Shown: piece by piece, positions 18,885 through 28,964 of the stretch
Numbering within the stretch: position 1 is the stretch's first letter
Layout of the letters: each line of letters begins with the position of its first letter
Origin: Planctomycetota bacterium
Lineage (GTDB): Bacteria; Planctomycetota; UBA1135; UBA2386
DNA: 64,000 bases
NCBI GenBank assembly: GCA_041178545.1
Contig: JBEGVB010000056.1
Location: 369 to 64,368, forward strand
Direction: 5' to 3'
Translations under genes and position numbers: made by a program
The notes under the pieces: model-generated
Seen by the model: the letters and a program-made list of their open reading frames with translations, nothing else
What the model was told of the DNA's origin: nothing
Database searches by the model: none

Positions 18885-20528
18885 TCAGCGCAACCGCACC
18901 AGACCGCCCGTGGGCAGGTAGTAGGCTGGCGCGGCGGAACCCGCCACGATGGGCACCTGGACGCCCTGCACGTGGAACTCCAGCCCGATGAGGTTGGGGT
19001 TCGCGGGGATCGGGACGTTGGTCGTGGACTGGAACACGGAGTAGCCCGGCAGCACCACCGCGGTGGCGACGTCACCATAGATGCGGACCGGCTCGCGGGT
19101 GGTGACCGGCCTGGGCATCGCAATCGCGAAGTCCCACACCAGCCCCACGCCGAAGGGCATGTCGCACGCGAGGGTCAACACGGAGCCGACCTGCGGGTTC
19201 GAGGGCGTCACGGTGGTGCGCCCGAGGAAGGGCGCGGCCGCGGCATTCTGAACCGTCACCTGGCCTGCCATGCTGGTGCCGTTGGAGTAGCACCCTTCCA
19301 TGGTGACCGGTGCGGCAAGCGCCTGCCCGTTCACCGCGGCGTTCCAGAACTCGCAGCTGCGCAGCCGCACCTGGGTGGTCGCGGTCGGCGGGACCACCAC
19401 CTGGGTGCCCTCGAACCGGTTCCACAGCAGGTTGGGCAACGAGCCGCCCGTGTCCAGCGTGAACGTGCCGCCCATGTGCACGTTGTTCTGCATCCAGATG
19501 CGCTGGGTGAAGAGGTTGGCGGCGATCGACACGTCGCCACGGAACTCCATCTCGCTGCCGTGCACGTCGAACTCGCCGGTGCGCGGGTGGCACCAGAGGG
19601 CCTTGCGCCCCGCCCCGGCCGTGAAGCGCGAGTGGTGGTGGTGCACGATGGTGAGGCCGCCGTTCACGCCCTGCACGTCGACGGTGTCACCGCTGGTGAC
19701 GAAGTCACAGTGCACCATGCGCAACATCAGCTGTGAGTTCGAGGTGGCGCCGCGACGGACGCGGAAGAACTGTGCGCCGTTGCGCATCGTGCAGCGCCAG
19801 AACATGGCCATCGACATGTTGCTGCGGCCGTTCTCGACGATGTCCACGGCAACCTGCACGCCGTCCCATTCGTTCCACTCGCCGTCGACCTCCACCATGC
19901 CGCCGTTGGCGTTGTCCTCGATGAGGATGCCGCGCGGCGCGTTGCGGAAGCTGGTCTCCTCCACCATCAGGTGGGTCATCTCGGAGCCCATGGAGTGGGC
20001 CTTGATGCAGGCGACGGTCTGCCCGTCGAACAGGCAGTCGCGCACCATCGGCGCCATGGCCATGGTGCCCATCATCATGTTGGCATCGAGGCCGACCTGT
20101 CCGCCGCGGAACTCGAACCCCATGACCTCCATGTCGTGGCCGCGGAGCGCGAGGACCTTGGGAAACGTGCCGCCGGCCAGCACGGGACGCATGCCCATGG
20201 GGTCCGGCATCCCCTCCACCACCACCATGCCCATGCCCATGCCGGTGAGCGCCGTGAGCTCGGCCTCCAGCGTGATGACCGGGGTGGTCATGGCGTCGAC
20301 ACGGATGCCGTCCACCATCGAGCCCATGCCCTGGATGCGGGCCCGCTCGGCAGCCGAGAGCTGCATGGGCATCAGCGTGCCGTTGGCGAGCCGGATGGCC
20401 TCGTCGAGGGAGAGCAGGCCGTCGCCCACCACGCCGTGGGAACGGGTGTCGTTCACGTGCGCGAACACCATCGCGAGAGGGTGAGGGACGGGGACCGTGA
20501 GCGCTGTGGCGAGGAGGGCAGCGAGCAT
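18885..20528 (-). CDS. Secreted Met/His-rich repeat protein (beta-helix-like), function unknown
   Basis: ATG 20528 within ORF 18885..21011. Hydrophobic N-terminus MLAALLATALTVPVP. I count 38 Met in 547 aa, including GMGMGMVVVEGMPDPMGM and NMMMGTMAMAPM, plus an HHHH run. The C-terminal module is shared with the BNR protein at 4520..7192. Confidence 0.7.
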   Translation of the reverse strand: MLAALLATALTVPVPHPLAMVFAHVNDTRSHGVVGDGLLSLDEAIRLANGTLMPMQLSAAERARIQGMGSMVDGIRVDAMTTPVITLEAELTALTGMGMGMVVVEGMPDPMGMRPVLAGGTFPKVLALRGHDMEVMGFEFRGGQVGLDANMMMGTMAMAPMVRDCLFDGQTVACIKAHSMGSEMTHLMVEETSFRNAPRGILIEDNANGGMVEVDGEWNEWDGVQVAVDIVENGRSNMSMAMFWRCTMRNGAQFFRVRRGATSNSQLMLRMVHCDFVTSGDTVDVQGVNGGLTIVHHHHSRFTAGAGRKALWCHPRTGEFDVHGSEMEFRGDVSIAANLFTQRIWMQNNVHMGGTFTLDTGGSLPNLLWNRFEGTQVVVPPTATTQVRLRSCEFWNAAVNGQALAAPVTMEGCYSNGTSMAGQVTVQNAAAAPFLGRTTVTPSNPQVGSVLTLACDMPFGVGLVWDFAIAMPRPVTTREPVRIYGDVATAVVLPGYSVFQSTTNVPIPANPNLIGLEFHVQGVQVPIVAGSAAPAYYLPTGGLVRLR

Positions 20529-20674
20529 GCTGTGGTTCCTGGACGGTGGACTGGGTGCCTGCGGGGACACCCCACTGGAACGGGAACTTCGTTCGCACAA
20601 GGTTACCTTGCGGGGACGCACGAGGTTGCAACGAACTGGACCCGGGGCCGGCCCGGTGCCATGGTTGCCGCCCC

Positions 20675-21889
20675 GTGCGAGGCCTCGACCGTCAGCTGCT
20701 GCTCCTGCGCCTTTACGCCCTGCTGACATACCCCTTCGCCTGCGTCCCGTTCCTGTACTTCTACTTCGTCGGGCAGGGGCTCGACCTGGCGGGCTATGGC
20801 CTGGTGGTCGGCATCTACTACGTGGCCATGTTCGTTGCCGAGGTGCCGACGGGCATGATCGCGGACCGGCTCGGTCGCAAGGCCATGATGGTGCTGGGAC
20901 CGTTCCTCCTCGCAGCAGGCTTCCTCGTGCTGGTGCTGTGGCCGGGGATGGCGGGGTTCTGCTGCGGCGAGGCACTGCTCGGGATCGGCCACTCGGTGCT
21001 ATCTGGCCCACCGGCCGCCCTGCTCTACGACTCGCTCCGGGCGCACGGCCAGGAAACCCGCTACCTGCAGGTCGAGTCGCGCGTCAACGCATGGCGGCTG
21101 CTCGGCACGGGAGGGTCCTTCCTCGCCGGCGGCCTGGTGGCCTGGGCCCTTGCCGAAGGCACAGCCTGGGCATGGTCGGAGACGATCGTGCTCACCAGCC
21201 TCCTGTGCTGCCTCGCAGGCGTGCTTGCAACCGGCCTCGAGGAGGCCCCGCGCCCACGGACGACCCGAGCCGAGCTGCTGCAACAGGGCATGCGCGACCT
21301 CAACCAGCCGGCGGTCCGATGGCTGGTCTTCTACTGGGTGGTGTTGTTCGCACTGCTGCGCTACCCGTTCCACAACTACCAGGTCTACCTGGGCCGGATC
21401 GGCGAGGAGAACCCGACGTTCGCCCACCCGCTGACCATCGGGACGGTGTACCTGGCCCTCAACCTGCTGGCCGCGCCCATGAGCCGCAGTGCCCCGAGGC
21501 TGGTCCAGCGCCTCGGACGCCGCACGCTCTTCTGGGCCATGCCCCTCTCACTGGGACTCAGCCTGCTGGCGATGGCACCCGGCATCGGCACGCTGGGAGT
21601 GGTGATGTTCGCGTTCCAGCAACTGCCGTTCGGGATCCACATGCCGGTGATGCAAGAGTTCGTGAACCACCGCATCGCCACCACCGCCCGCACCACCGTG
21701 CTCTCCGCACTGTCGCTCGCGGGAAGGCTCTGCTACGCCGGCATCAACGTCGCCTTGTTCCAGGTGCAGGCGACCGCGGGGGAGGGCACTGCCTATGCGA
21801 TCGCAGGATCAGTCGGCATCGTCGCAACGGTCCTCGTGATGTGGGTGCGGCCGCGCGGGCTGCTGCGCGGCGAGGGGAACGTCAGCTGA
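20675..21889 (+). CDS. MFS transporter
   Basis: Multiple hydrophobic helices and the MFS loop motif GMIADRLGRK. Start uncertain: I prefer GTG 20675, because the track ATG 20546 leaves only 17 nt to the divergent gene. Confidence 0.7.
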   Translation: MRGLDRQLLLLRLYALLTYPFACVPFLYFYFVGQGLDLAGYGLVVGIYYVAMFVAEVPTGMIADRLGRKAMMVLGPFLLAAGFLVLVLWPGMAGFCCGEALLGIGHSVLSGPPAALLYDSLRAHGQETRYLQVESRVNAWRLLGTGGSFLAGGLVAWALAEGTAWAWSETIVLTSLLCCLAGVLATGLEEAPRPRTTRAELLQQGMRDLNQPAVRWLVFYWVVLFALLRYPFHNYQVYLGRIGEENPTFAHPLTIGTVYLALNLLAAPMSRSAPRLVQRLGRRTLFWAMPLSLGLSLLAMAPGIGTLGVVMFAFQQLPFGIHMPVMQEFVNHRIATTARTTVLSALSLAGRLCYAGINVALFQVQATAGEGTAYAIAGSVGIVATVLVMWVRPRGLLRGEGNVS

Positions 21890-21902
21890 ACGGTGGGCCG
21901 TC

Positions 21903-23465
21903 TCAGCGGCCGAGGTCGACGAACACGCCGCCGTTCTCCGTCGCCAGGTCGCGCAGGAACTCCTTCTGGAACTCGCCGATCGCGATCGCGTGGAACACGA
22001 TGCGGTAGAAGTCGTTCCAGTGGCGCACCTCCTTGCGGATCTCGTTGGTGTCCACCAGCCGCCCGACACTGGGACGCCCGTCGCTGAGGAAGTAGACGGT
22101 GTCGATCTTGTTCGCAATGGCGGCGCGCGGCGCACCCGTCGCCGGTGCCTTGGGCGGGTTGTCGGGGTCGATGCCGAACGCGTACATCAGTGCCTTGAGG
22201 GTGTTGGTCTTGCCTGCGGAGAGGTTTGCAGCACCCGTCAGGCCTGAAGCCGCCATCTCCTGCTGGTCGGCACCGCCGATCGGGCCAAGCCGGGAGACCC
22301 AGGACTTTGCCGCGTCCCGGTTCACCAGGTTCGCGGGTACCAGCTTCTTCTTCCACGTGTGCAGGTCGGTGGCGAAGGCGACGATGTCGAAGTAGGTCTC
22401 CTCGGTGAGGGTGTCGAGGGTGCGCAGCAGCTCGGTCTTGACCACGGTGAACTTCTTGAAGTTCTCGTAACCCTGGAACTTCTCGCGCTCCACCACGAGG
22501 TCGTCCATCGACCCGGACACGTCGATGATGAACAGCACGCGCGTGCTGGTGGTCGGGATGCCGGCAAACGTGTTGGTCTGCTCCTTCTTGCCGTAGAAGG
22601 CGTCGTACTTCTTGCGGCTCTCGGCCTTCTTGGCGAGTTCCTCTTCCGTCGGGATGCGCCAGCCCTCGATGGCCATGAGGCGGTCCCACTGCTTCTGCCA
22701 CTGGTCCGGGTCGACGCCGAAGTCGAAGCCCGTGACGCGGAAGAGCGCGTCTGCACACTCCGTGCGCAGACGTCCAGCCTTGCGCATCAGGTCGATGAGC
22801 GGCTGCACCCCCTGCTGCGGCCGGAGCTGTCCCGTGGCTGAGACCGCCGCACTCTGCACCTGCCACTCGGGATCCGAGAGCAAGGGCACGACCTTGGGCC
22901 CGAGGTCCACCAGCTTGAGTGCGCCGGCGGCATCGACCGCGGCGAGGCGGACGGAGGCGTCGGCATCGCCGAGCAGGGGACCGAGCACGTCCGAGACCGA
23001 CCCGTCGCCGATGCGCTGCAGGGCGCGCGCACCCTCGAACTTGAGGGGGACCGCGGCCTTCGGGTCGGCGAGGGCGACCCGGATGGCCGGGACCGCAGCC
23101 TTCAGCCGCGCCTGGCCGAAGACGCGCACCGACTGCAGCCGGGTGTCGGCATCGGCCTTGGGCATGCCGTCGATCCAGGGCTGGAAGGTCTCCGGCTTCG
23201 AGTAGGTCTCCAGCACCGCGAGCGATGCCTGCTGCACCGTCGGCATCGGGTGCTTGAGCAACTTCACCAGGTCCTCGGCGGCCGGCTGGCACTCGTTGCC
23301 CTTCAGGGTCATCACCGCGGCCACGAGCGAGGGTTCGTCCTTCGTCTTCTTGAAGAACTTCCGGAACTCCTTCACGGCGTCCTCGGGGTCCTGCGTCTCC
23401 ACCTGCGCTGCGGCGGCGGCGGCGAGCAACGCGACAAGGAGCAGCTGCAACAGGCGTGCGATCAT
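21903..23465 (-). CDS. Secreted HEAT-repeat + von Willebrand factor A domain protein
   Basis: ATG 23465 (MIARLLQLLLVALLAAAAAAQ signal peptide). HEAT-like repeats (..DASVRLAAVDAAGAL..EWQVQSAAVSATG..). VWA MIDAS motif FIIDVSGSM. Confidence 0.75.
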   Translation of the reverse strand: MIARLLQLLLVALLAAAAAAQVETQDPEDAVKEFRKFFKKTKDEPSLVAAVMTLKGNECQPAAEDLVKLLKHPMPTVQQASLAVLETYSKPETFQPWIDGMPKADADTRLQSVRVFGQARLKAAVPAIRVALADPKAAVPLKFEGARALQRIGDGSVSDVLGPLLGDADASVRLAAVDAAGALKLVDLGPKVVPLLSDPEWQVQSAAVSATGQLRPQQGVQPLIDLMRKAGRLRTECADALFRVTGFDFGVDPDQWQKQWDRLMAIEGWRIPTEEELAKKAESRKKYDAFYGKKEQTNTFAGIPTTSTRVLFIIDVSGSMDDLVVEREKFQGYENFKKFTVVKTELLRTLDTLTEETYFDIVAFATDLHTWKKKLVPANLVNRDAAKSWVSRLGPIGGADQQEMAASGLTGAANLSAGKTNTLKALMYAFGIDPDNPPKAPATGAPRAAIANKIDTVYFLSDGRPSVGRLVDTNEIRKEVRHWNDFYRIVFHAIAIGEFQKEFLRDLATENGGVFVDLGR

Positions 23466-23572
23466 GGAGTGACGTGTCCTCGCTCGTCCTGCTGCGGGCG
23501 TGCAACAGGAACTGTTGCAGGCTACCCGACCCGCGAACGGACTCCCAGCAGCAGCGTCGCAGGCCGCGGGAC

Positions 23573-24160
23573 TCAGCCGCGGCCGCGGTTCCCGGGGCCG
23601 GCCACGGGGTGCTTCCACCAGCTCAGCCGCACGTTGCGCTCGAGCTCGAGGTGGAGCAGGTCGAGGTCCTGCTGTGCCTCGCGGACCGTCTCCAGCTGCA
23701 AGGTCCTTGGGTCCACCCGGGGCTTGAGGGTGAAGGTGAGTCCGTGGCCGTACTCGAGCTCCACCACCCAGTGGAGGCGGTGCGACCTGGACGAGAGGGC
23801 GAGCCACTTGGCGAGGTTGTCGAGTTGCAGCAGCCCTGCATCACCGGTGGTGGTCCACTGGACGAAGGGAAGTGTTCGCGCTTCGACGTCCCCACCGTGG
23901 CTGGCGACCACGTGCAGCCCCTGGAGGCGTGCAAGCGCCTGCACCACGGGCCAGACCTGGCGGTCCACGCCCTGGTCGGCGGCCTCCCGGTCGCTGCGGG
24001 TCCGGGCGGCCGCCTCGTTCTCGCCGAGGACTGCTCCGCACAACTCGCACTCGCCGTACGCCTCGCCGTCGCGGAGACGCACCTGCACTCGCTCACTGCC
24101 ACACTCGACGCAGGACTGCATGGGATCCTGCCTCGGTTGTAGCAGCGCGGCGCTGCTCAT
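23573..24160 (-). CDS. Zinc-ribbon protein with uncharacterised C-terminal domain
   Basis: ATG 24160 overlaps the upstream stop (ATGA at 24157-24160). CVECG...x17...CELCG ribbon, then a ~130-aa domain with no motif I recognise. Confidence 0.6.
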   Translation of the reverse strand: MSSAALLQPRQDPMQSCVECGSERVQVRLRDGEAYGECELCGAVLGENEAAARTRSDREAADQGVDRQVWPVVQALARLQGLHVVASHGGDVEARTLPFVQWTTTGDAGLLQLDNLAKWLALSSRSHRLHWVVELEYGHGLTFTLKPRVDPRTLQLETVREAQQDLDLLHLELERNVRLSWWKHPVAGPGNRGRG

Positions 24161-26073
24161 TCCTGCTTCTGCTGCCCCTGGCCACCCTTGGGCTGGCTGG
24201 CGCGGTCCGAGCGATCCTTCTCGATCGCGCGCAACTGACGCTCCGCGAGGTCCTGCAGCCACTTCTCCTCGCTGTCGCCGAGGTCGAAACGGACCTCACC
24301 GCGCTCGGGCTGCCGCACGATCTCCTCGATCGCGGACCTGGGCAGGATGATCCGGTCCGACTTCATCTCCAGGACGATGTTGTCGTCTGCGACGTGGGAG
24401 AGGATCGCACCCACCAGGCGGTTGTTGTTGCTGAGCCGCACGAAACCGCTGACCGATCGCTGCAGCTCGAGGAACTCGGCGCTGCCGAGCTTGGAGACCT
24501 TGCGGATGTCGCCGGAAGCGATCGTGACCTCGCCCTTGTCGAGCTTGAGGGTCACCATCGACGCGTCGACGGTCTTGACGGTGCCGATGAAGTAGTTGCC
24601 GTTGTGCAGGTGGGCCAGGGCGCTGGTGCCTGGCGTCAGGTCCGCCACGGCTGCGGGTGTGCCCGCATCGGGCTGGACGAAGCCGCCGACCTGCAGCGAG
24701 TCGTTCACCCGGATGGTGCGCTGCACCACCTCGTCCTGGTACGGCTGCACGGGCTGCGCAGCGGCTGCGACAGGCTGCTGCGGGACGGTGGGCACCTCGG
24801 CCACGGCCACCGGCTCCACCGGGCGCGCGGACTCGACCACGGCCACGGGATCGGACGTCACCGGGGCAACCGGCTCGGTGCGAGTCGGCTCTGGCTGCGT
24901 CGGCGCGACCACGGGAGGCACCACGGCGACCGGGTCGGTTGCCACTGGCCGTGGCTCACCAACCGACGGGCGCGCGGGCTCGCTTGCGACTGGGGTGGCG
25001 GCCACGGGGTCGGCCCCGACGGGCTGGGCAACCGACGGACGCGGCTGCGAACCGGACGGGTTGCGCGTCGGACGCGCCACTGGCCGCGGGGCGGTGACCA
25101 CCAAGTCGTCGTCCTGCGCGGGTGCGAACAGGCCCGGGCCGACGAGCGACTCCAGACCGAAGAGCTTGGGTTCGACGGCAACCGCTGCACCGGTGCCGAA
25201 CAGCAGGACTGCTGCCGCAGCAGCCACCATGCCGCCCCAGCGCCTGCGCATGGGGAGCACGGGAGCCACCGGCTCCTCGACGGGGACTGCACCCGCGTCT
25301 GCCACACCCACCAACTCCTGTTCACACGGCTCCGCGTCGACCGGCAGTGCCTCGACGGCACCCTCACCGGCATCGACTGCATCCTCGGCAACGGCGGCAC
25401 CGTCCCACTGGGGCTCTGCCGCCGAGTCGGCCTGCCAGTCCATCCCGTCCTGCGAGGCGTGCTCCTGGCCCTCGTGCGCGGCGTGGGCCTCCTCCGCTGC
25501 CCAGGCGGGTTCCTCCTGTGCCGCGGTGTCCGAACCACCCAACTCGATCGACTCCCAGCCCTCGCCCTGTTGGACCGCGCCAGGGAAGTGACCGTTGACC
25601 AGCACGGTGCTGTCCGGGAAGGACGATGCGTCGCCATCGCCAGCGAAGCCCGTCGACAGGTCGGCTTCCACCGGCTCTGCGAACAGTTCGTCCTCGGGCC
25701 CGTTGGCCGCGAGTTGACTCTCCTCGTCGACCAGTTGGAGGTCGCCCGAGTCCTGGATGAGGTCGTCCACCGGCGCAGTGAGCGGGTCGAACTCGTCCGG
25801 CTGGACGGGGATCCCGATCTCCTGCGGCTGCATGGTGTGGCCCTCCCACGATGCCATTGCGTCCTCGGAGAACTCGCGCAGTTCGCCGAACTCCTGGGTG
25901 CCAGGCCCCCCGCCCGCAGCACCGAACAGCACCTCGTTCTCGCCGGTCTCGGGCACCGGGAACGCGGCCTCGCCTGGCTGGTTGGCGAACAGGCCGCCGA
26001 GTCCCAGCACAGCAGGCTGGTCGTCGAGGATGAAGTCGTCGAAATCGTCAGCGCGGAAGGTCTCGCCGCTCAT
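24157..26073 (-). CDS. Single-pass membrane protein: acidic N-terminus, Pro-rich linker, two SH3-like C-terminal repeats
   Basis: ATG 26073 with GGAGAG 5 nt upstream. 638 aa: a ~270-aa D/E-rich region, TM WGGMVAAAAAVLLFGTGAAVAV, a P/V/A-rich linker, then the repeats NGNYFIGTVKTVDASMVTLKLDKGEVTI and NNRLVGAILSHVADDNIVLEMKSDRIIL. Confidence 0.65.
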   Translation of the reverse strand: MSGETFRADDFDDFILDDQPAVLGLGGLFANQPGEAAFPVPETGENEVLFGAAGGGPGTQEFGELREFSEDAMASWEGHTMQPQEIGIPVQPDEFDPLTAPVDDLIQDSGDLQLVDEESQLAANGPEDELFAEPVEADLSTGFAGDGDASSFPDSTVLVNGHFPGAVQQGEGWESIELGGSDTAAQEEPAWAAEEAHAAHEGQEHASQDGMDWQADSAAEPQWDGAAVAEDAVDAGEGAVEALPVDAEPCEQELVGVADAGAVPVEEPVAPVLPMRRRWGGMVAAAAAVLLFGTGAAVAVEPKLFGLESLVGPGLFAPAQDDDLVVTAPRPVARPTRNPSGSQPRPSVAQPVGADPVAATPVASEPARPSVGEPRPVATDPVAVVPPVVAPTQPEPTRTEPVAPVTSDPVAVVESARPVEPVAVAEVPTVPQQPVAAAAQPVQPYQDEVVQRTIRVNDSLQVGGFVQPDAGTPAAVADLTPGTSALAHLHNGNYFIGTVKTVDASMVTLKLDKGEVTIASGDIRKVSKLGSAEFLELQRSVSGFVRLSNNNRLVGAILSHVADDNIVLEMKSDRIILPRSAIEEIVRQPERGEVRFDLGDSEEKWLQDLAERQLRAIEKDRSDRASQPKGGQGQQKQE

Positions 26074-26198
26074 ACAGCTCTCCAGGATGCCCCATGCATC
26101 GGCATCTGGTATCGGCAGAAGCGGCCCCCCGCATGGAGCGGATCCGCGGCTGCGGGACCCCAACGCCCCCCGACGCGGAGCACCCGGTGGCGCCGGCG

Positions 26199-28139
26199 TC
26201 AGGACTCGCTGGCGAGCCGCTGGCACCACTCGGAAGTGGTGATGAGACGCCGGGTGCCGCCGCGCAGGACGGTGAGCCCGAGGCTGTCGACGTGCTCCAG
26301 CAGCGGGATCAGGAACTTGCGCGAGGTGTCCAGTTCGTCCCGGAGCTCGGGGATGTCCAACGACTCCTGGTGGCGCAGGCAGTTGGCGCGAATCGCCCGC
26401 ATGGCGCGGACGACGATGCCGGTGCCGTAGTGGTGCTCCACGACCCTGTGGACGCGGCCTTCGTCGACGGCGCGGTCGACGAGTCCGAGGAGTGTGTCGC
26501 CCCCGACGCCCAGTGCGGCCTCGAGTTCGCCGAGTTCCGGCGGTCGGAAGCCCCTCGACTCGCACTCGGCAACCAGCCGGTCGAGCAGGGCCTGCTGCGC
26601 GGGTGGCAACGGGCGCAACCGGTCCACGAACAGGACATTGCCTTGGCTGCCTGGGCGCACGCGCCCCTGCGCGACCATGCGGTCCAGCACCGCGTCGATC
26701 ATGGGCTGTGGCAGCGTCTTCGTGGTGCGCAGTGCAGTGCGCTTGATCGAGGCCGCAGCCGCTCGCTTCGCCAGCATGCGGTCGACGGACTCGAGCACCT
26801 CGCGCTCGCCTGCGTCGACGAGGGCCAGGTGGAACGCGCGCATCTGGCGGGCGTCGAGATGGACCGTGGGCATCGCGCGCAAGACGGCAACAACCTGCTC
26901 GTCGCCCGTCGAGAGCGCCCGTGCGAGGTCGTCGACGGCCTGGCCCTCGGGCCCTGCGAGAGCCAGTTCGTGCTCGATGCGGGCCTCGGGCCGGTCCCCC
27001 GCCGAGAGGATGCCCGCAAGCTCGTCGCCGAGGTCCTTGCGCCGGTAGCGCCCCGAGGACCCCAGCCGCAGCACCCTGCCGCCGCCCACGGTCACCGGCG
27101 GGTTCTGCAGCCGCAGCAGGAACCGGTCGCCCTGTGCACAGCACACGAGCTCGTCGAGTTCCACGCGCACGGTTGCACGCTCGCCGGCGCGCAAGGTCTC
27201 GCGGTCGAGCAGCAAGAGCTCTCCGCGCACCTCGACCGTTCCCGTGTGGAACCGGATGGGGTCCCGGTGGGAGAGCGGACGCGAGCGGGCAGTGAGCACC
27301 AGTTCGAGGTCCACGGCGTTGCCGGCGGCGAACACGCCCGGGGCGGCTGCCACCATGCCGCGGTGCAATCCGGTCTCGCGGGCGTCGGGGACCGACAGTG
27401 CCGTGCTGTGGCCGGCAACCGCCTCCTCCACCTTGCCACCGTATGCGTGCAGTCCGCGCACCTTCAGGCGGGTGCCACCCGGCAGGACCTCGACCTCGTC
27501 GCCGGCGCGGATCGACCCGCTCACGGGAATGCCCGTGGCCACGGTGCCGATGCCAGGCAGCGTGAAGACGCGCTGGATCGGCATGCGGAACGGACCGCGG
27601 CTCTGCCGGGGTGCAACCTGCAGGGCGAGGGCCTCCAGCTTGGTGCGGAGGTCGTCCAGGCCCTCACCGGTGACCGAGCTCACGCGCACCACCTCTGCAC
27701 CGTCGAGCACCGTGCCGCGCACCAGCTTGCGCACCTCCTCCTCGGCGACGTCGGCGAGCACCGGGTCGACCATGTCGACCTTCGTCAGGGCAATGAGGCC
27801 GCCGCGAACCCCGAGCAGGTCGAGGATGTCCACGTGCTCGACGGTCTGTGGCATCACGCCGTCGTCCGCAGCCACCACGAGGATGGCGAGGTCCAACCCG
27901 GTGCAGCCAGCGACCATGTTGCGCACGAAGCGCTCGTGACCAGGAACGTCGACGAGGCCGAGCCAGCGGCCGTCGGAGAGCTTCAGGCGCGCGAACCCGA
28001 GGTCGATGGTGAGGCCGCGCTCCTTCTCTTCCTTGAGGCGGTCGGGGTCGATCCCCGTGAGCGCCTTCACCAGGCTGCTCTTGCCGTGGTCGATGTGGCC
28101 GGCAGTGCCCACCACCACCGGATGGATCGCACGGGCCAT
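26199..28139 (-). CDS. selB: Selenocysteine-specific translation elongation factor SelB
   Basis: ATG 28139 within ORF 26199..28901. GTPase motifs [21 protein letters not shown] and TKVD. EF-Tu-like domains II/III and a long C-terminal winged-helix region. 646 aa. Confidence 0.9.
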   Translation of the reverse strand: MARAIHPVVVGTAGHIDHGKSSLVKALTGIDPDRLKEEKERGLTIDLGFARLKLSDGRWLGLVDVPGHERFVRNMVAGCTGLDLAILVVAADDGVMPQTVEHVDILDLLGVRGGLIALTKVDMVDPVLADVAEEEVRKLVRGTVLDGAEVVRVSSVTGEGLDDLRTKLEALALQVAPRQSRGPFRMPIQRVFTLPGIGTVATGIPVSGSIRAGDEVEVLPGGTRLKVRGLHAYGGKVEEAVAGHSTALSVPDARETGLHRGMVAAAPGVFAAGNAVDLELVLTARSRPLSHRDPIRFHTGTVEVRGELLLLDRETLRAGERATVRVELDELVCCAQGDRFLLRLQNPPVTVGGGRVLRLGSSGRYRRKDLGDELAGILSAGDRPEARIEHELALAGPEGQAVDDLARALSTGDEQVVAVLRAMPTVHLDARQMRAFHLALVDAGEREVLESVDRMLAKRAAAASIKRTALRTTKTLPQPMIDAVLDRMVAQGRVRPGSQGNVLFVDRLRPLPPAQQALLDRLVAECESRGFRPPELGELEAALGVGGDTLLGLVDRAVDEGRVHRVVEHHYGTGIVVRAMRAIRANCLRHQESLDIPELRDELDTSRKFLIPLLEHVDSLGLTVLRGGTRRLITTSEWCQRLASES

Positions 28140-28149
28140 CGCAGGAGGC

Positions 28150-28854
28150 CTAGCTACCGAGGTACAGGATGCGCTGGCAGGCGTCGCACTCGACGACCGA
28201 GGACCCTCCCATGAGGCGCGCCACGTCGTTGGTCGTGACCTTGTTGTAGCAGCCCTGGCAGTAACCGCCCTCGACCGGGGCCACGGCCACGCCGTTGCGG
28301 GAGTCGAACAGCCGCTGGTAGCGACCGAGGACCTCCGGCGGCACGCCCTGTGCCATCTGGTCGCGCTTCGCCTGCACGCCGGCGGTCTCGCGGTTGCGCA
28401 GTTCGCGCAGCTTGGCGGCCTCGGCGAGGAACTCGTCGAAGATCTTGCGTTCGGCAGCGACCAGCTCTGCGGCCTCGCCAACCTGCTTGCGCAGGGCCTC
28501 CACCTGTTCCAGCAGCACGAGGCACTTCTCCTGCTGCGAGTCGCGCTCCTTGCGCACCGTCTCGATGCTGAACAGCGTGGCCTGGTACTCGGCGTTGTTG
28601 CGCACGGTGTTGAGCCGCTCGTTGAGCTTGGTGACCTCGGCATCGCCTGCCTTGATCGAGACCTCGAGCTGCCGCGCCTCCACCTCGGCCTTGTCGGCAG
28701 CTTCCTTGCGGGCCACGCGGGCGCGCTCGAGCTCGTCGAGCTTCTTCTTCCGCCGCGCCTCCTCCGCAGGGAGCGAGGTGAGGTCCTTCCGGATCGAGGC
28801 GATCTCCTGGTCGACCTTCTGCAGTTCGAGGAGCTTCTGGACGTGCGGATGCAA
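28150..28854 (-). CDS. COG1579/DUF164-type coiled-coil protein with C4 zinc ribbon
   Basis: [11 protein letters not shown]... coiled coil and terminal CQGC...x16...CDAC. Start uncertain: TTG 28854 or TTG 28872. The track ATG 28989 lies inside the rpoD terminator hairpin. Confidence 0.7.
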   Translation of the reverse strand: MHPHVQKLLELQKVDQEIASIRKDLTSLPAEEARRKKKLDELERARVARKEAADKAEVEARQLEVSIKAGDAEVTKLNERLNTVRNNAEYQATLFSIETVRKERDSQQEKCLVLLEQVEALRKQVGEAAELVAAERKIFDEFLAEAAKLRELRNRETAGVQAKRDQMAQGVPPEVLGRYQRLFDSRNGVAVAPVEGGYCQGCYNKVTTNDVARLMGGSSVVECDACQRILYLGS

Positions 28855-28964
28855 GGCGGTTCGGGTGGGCAAGAGGCACCCGATGGTAGGTAGACGGCCA
28901 CGGAGACTCAAGCCGCACGCAACCTCTTCCCCCACACGGTCCGACTGGGGGCCGCCCCGAAACG

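Noticed and set aside
24850-25110. Periodic-looking GC-rich DNA (recurrent ccgg/ccac/gggt blocks) that might be a DNA-level repeat element.
   Set aside because: It is the coding sequence of the Pro/Val/Ala-rich linker (..EPVAPV..DPVAVV..) of the acidic membrane protein. The repeats are imperfect and in frame, so this is low-complexity protein coding.
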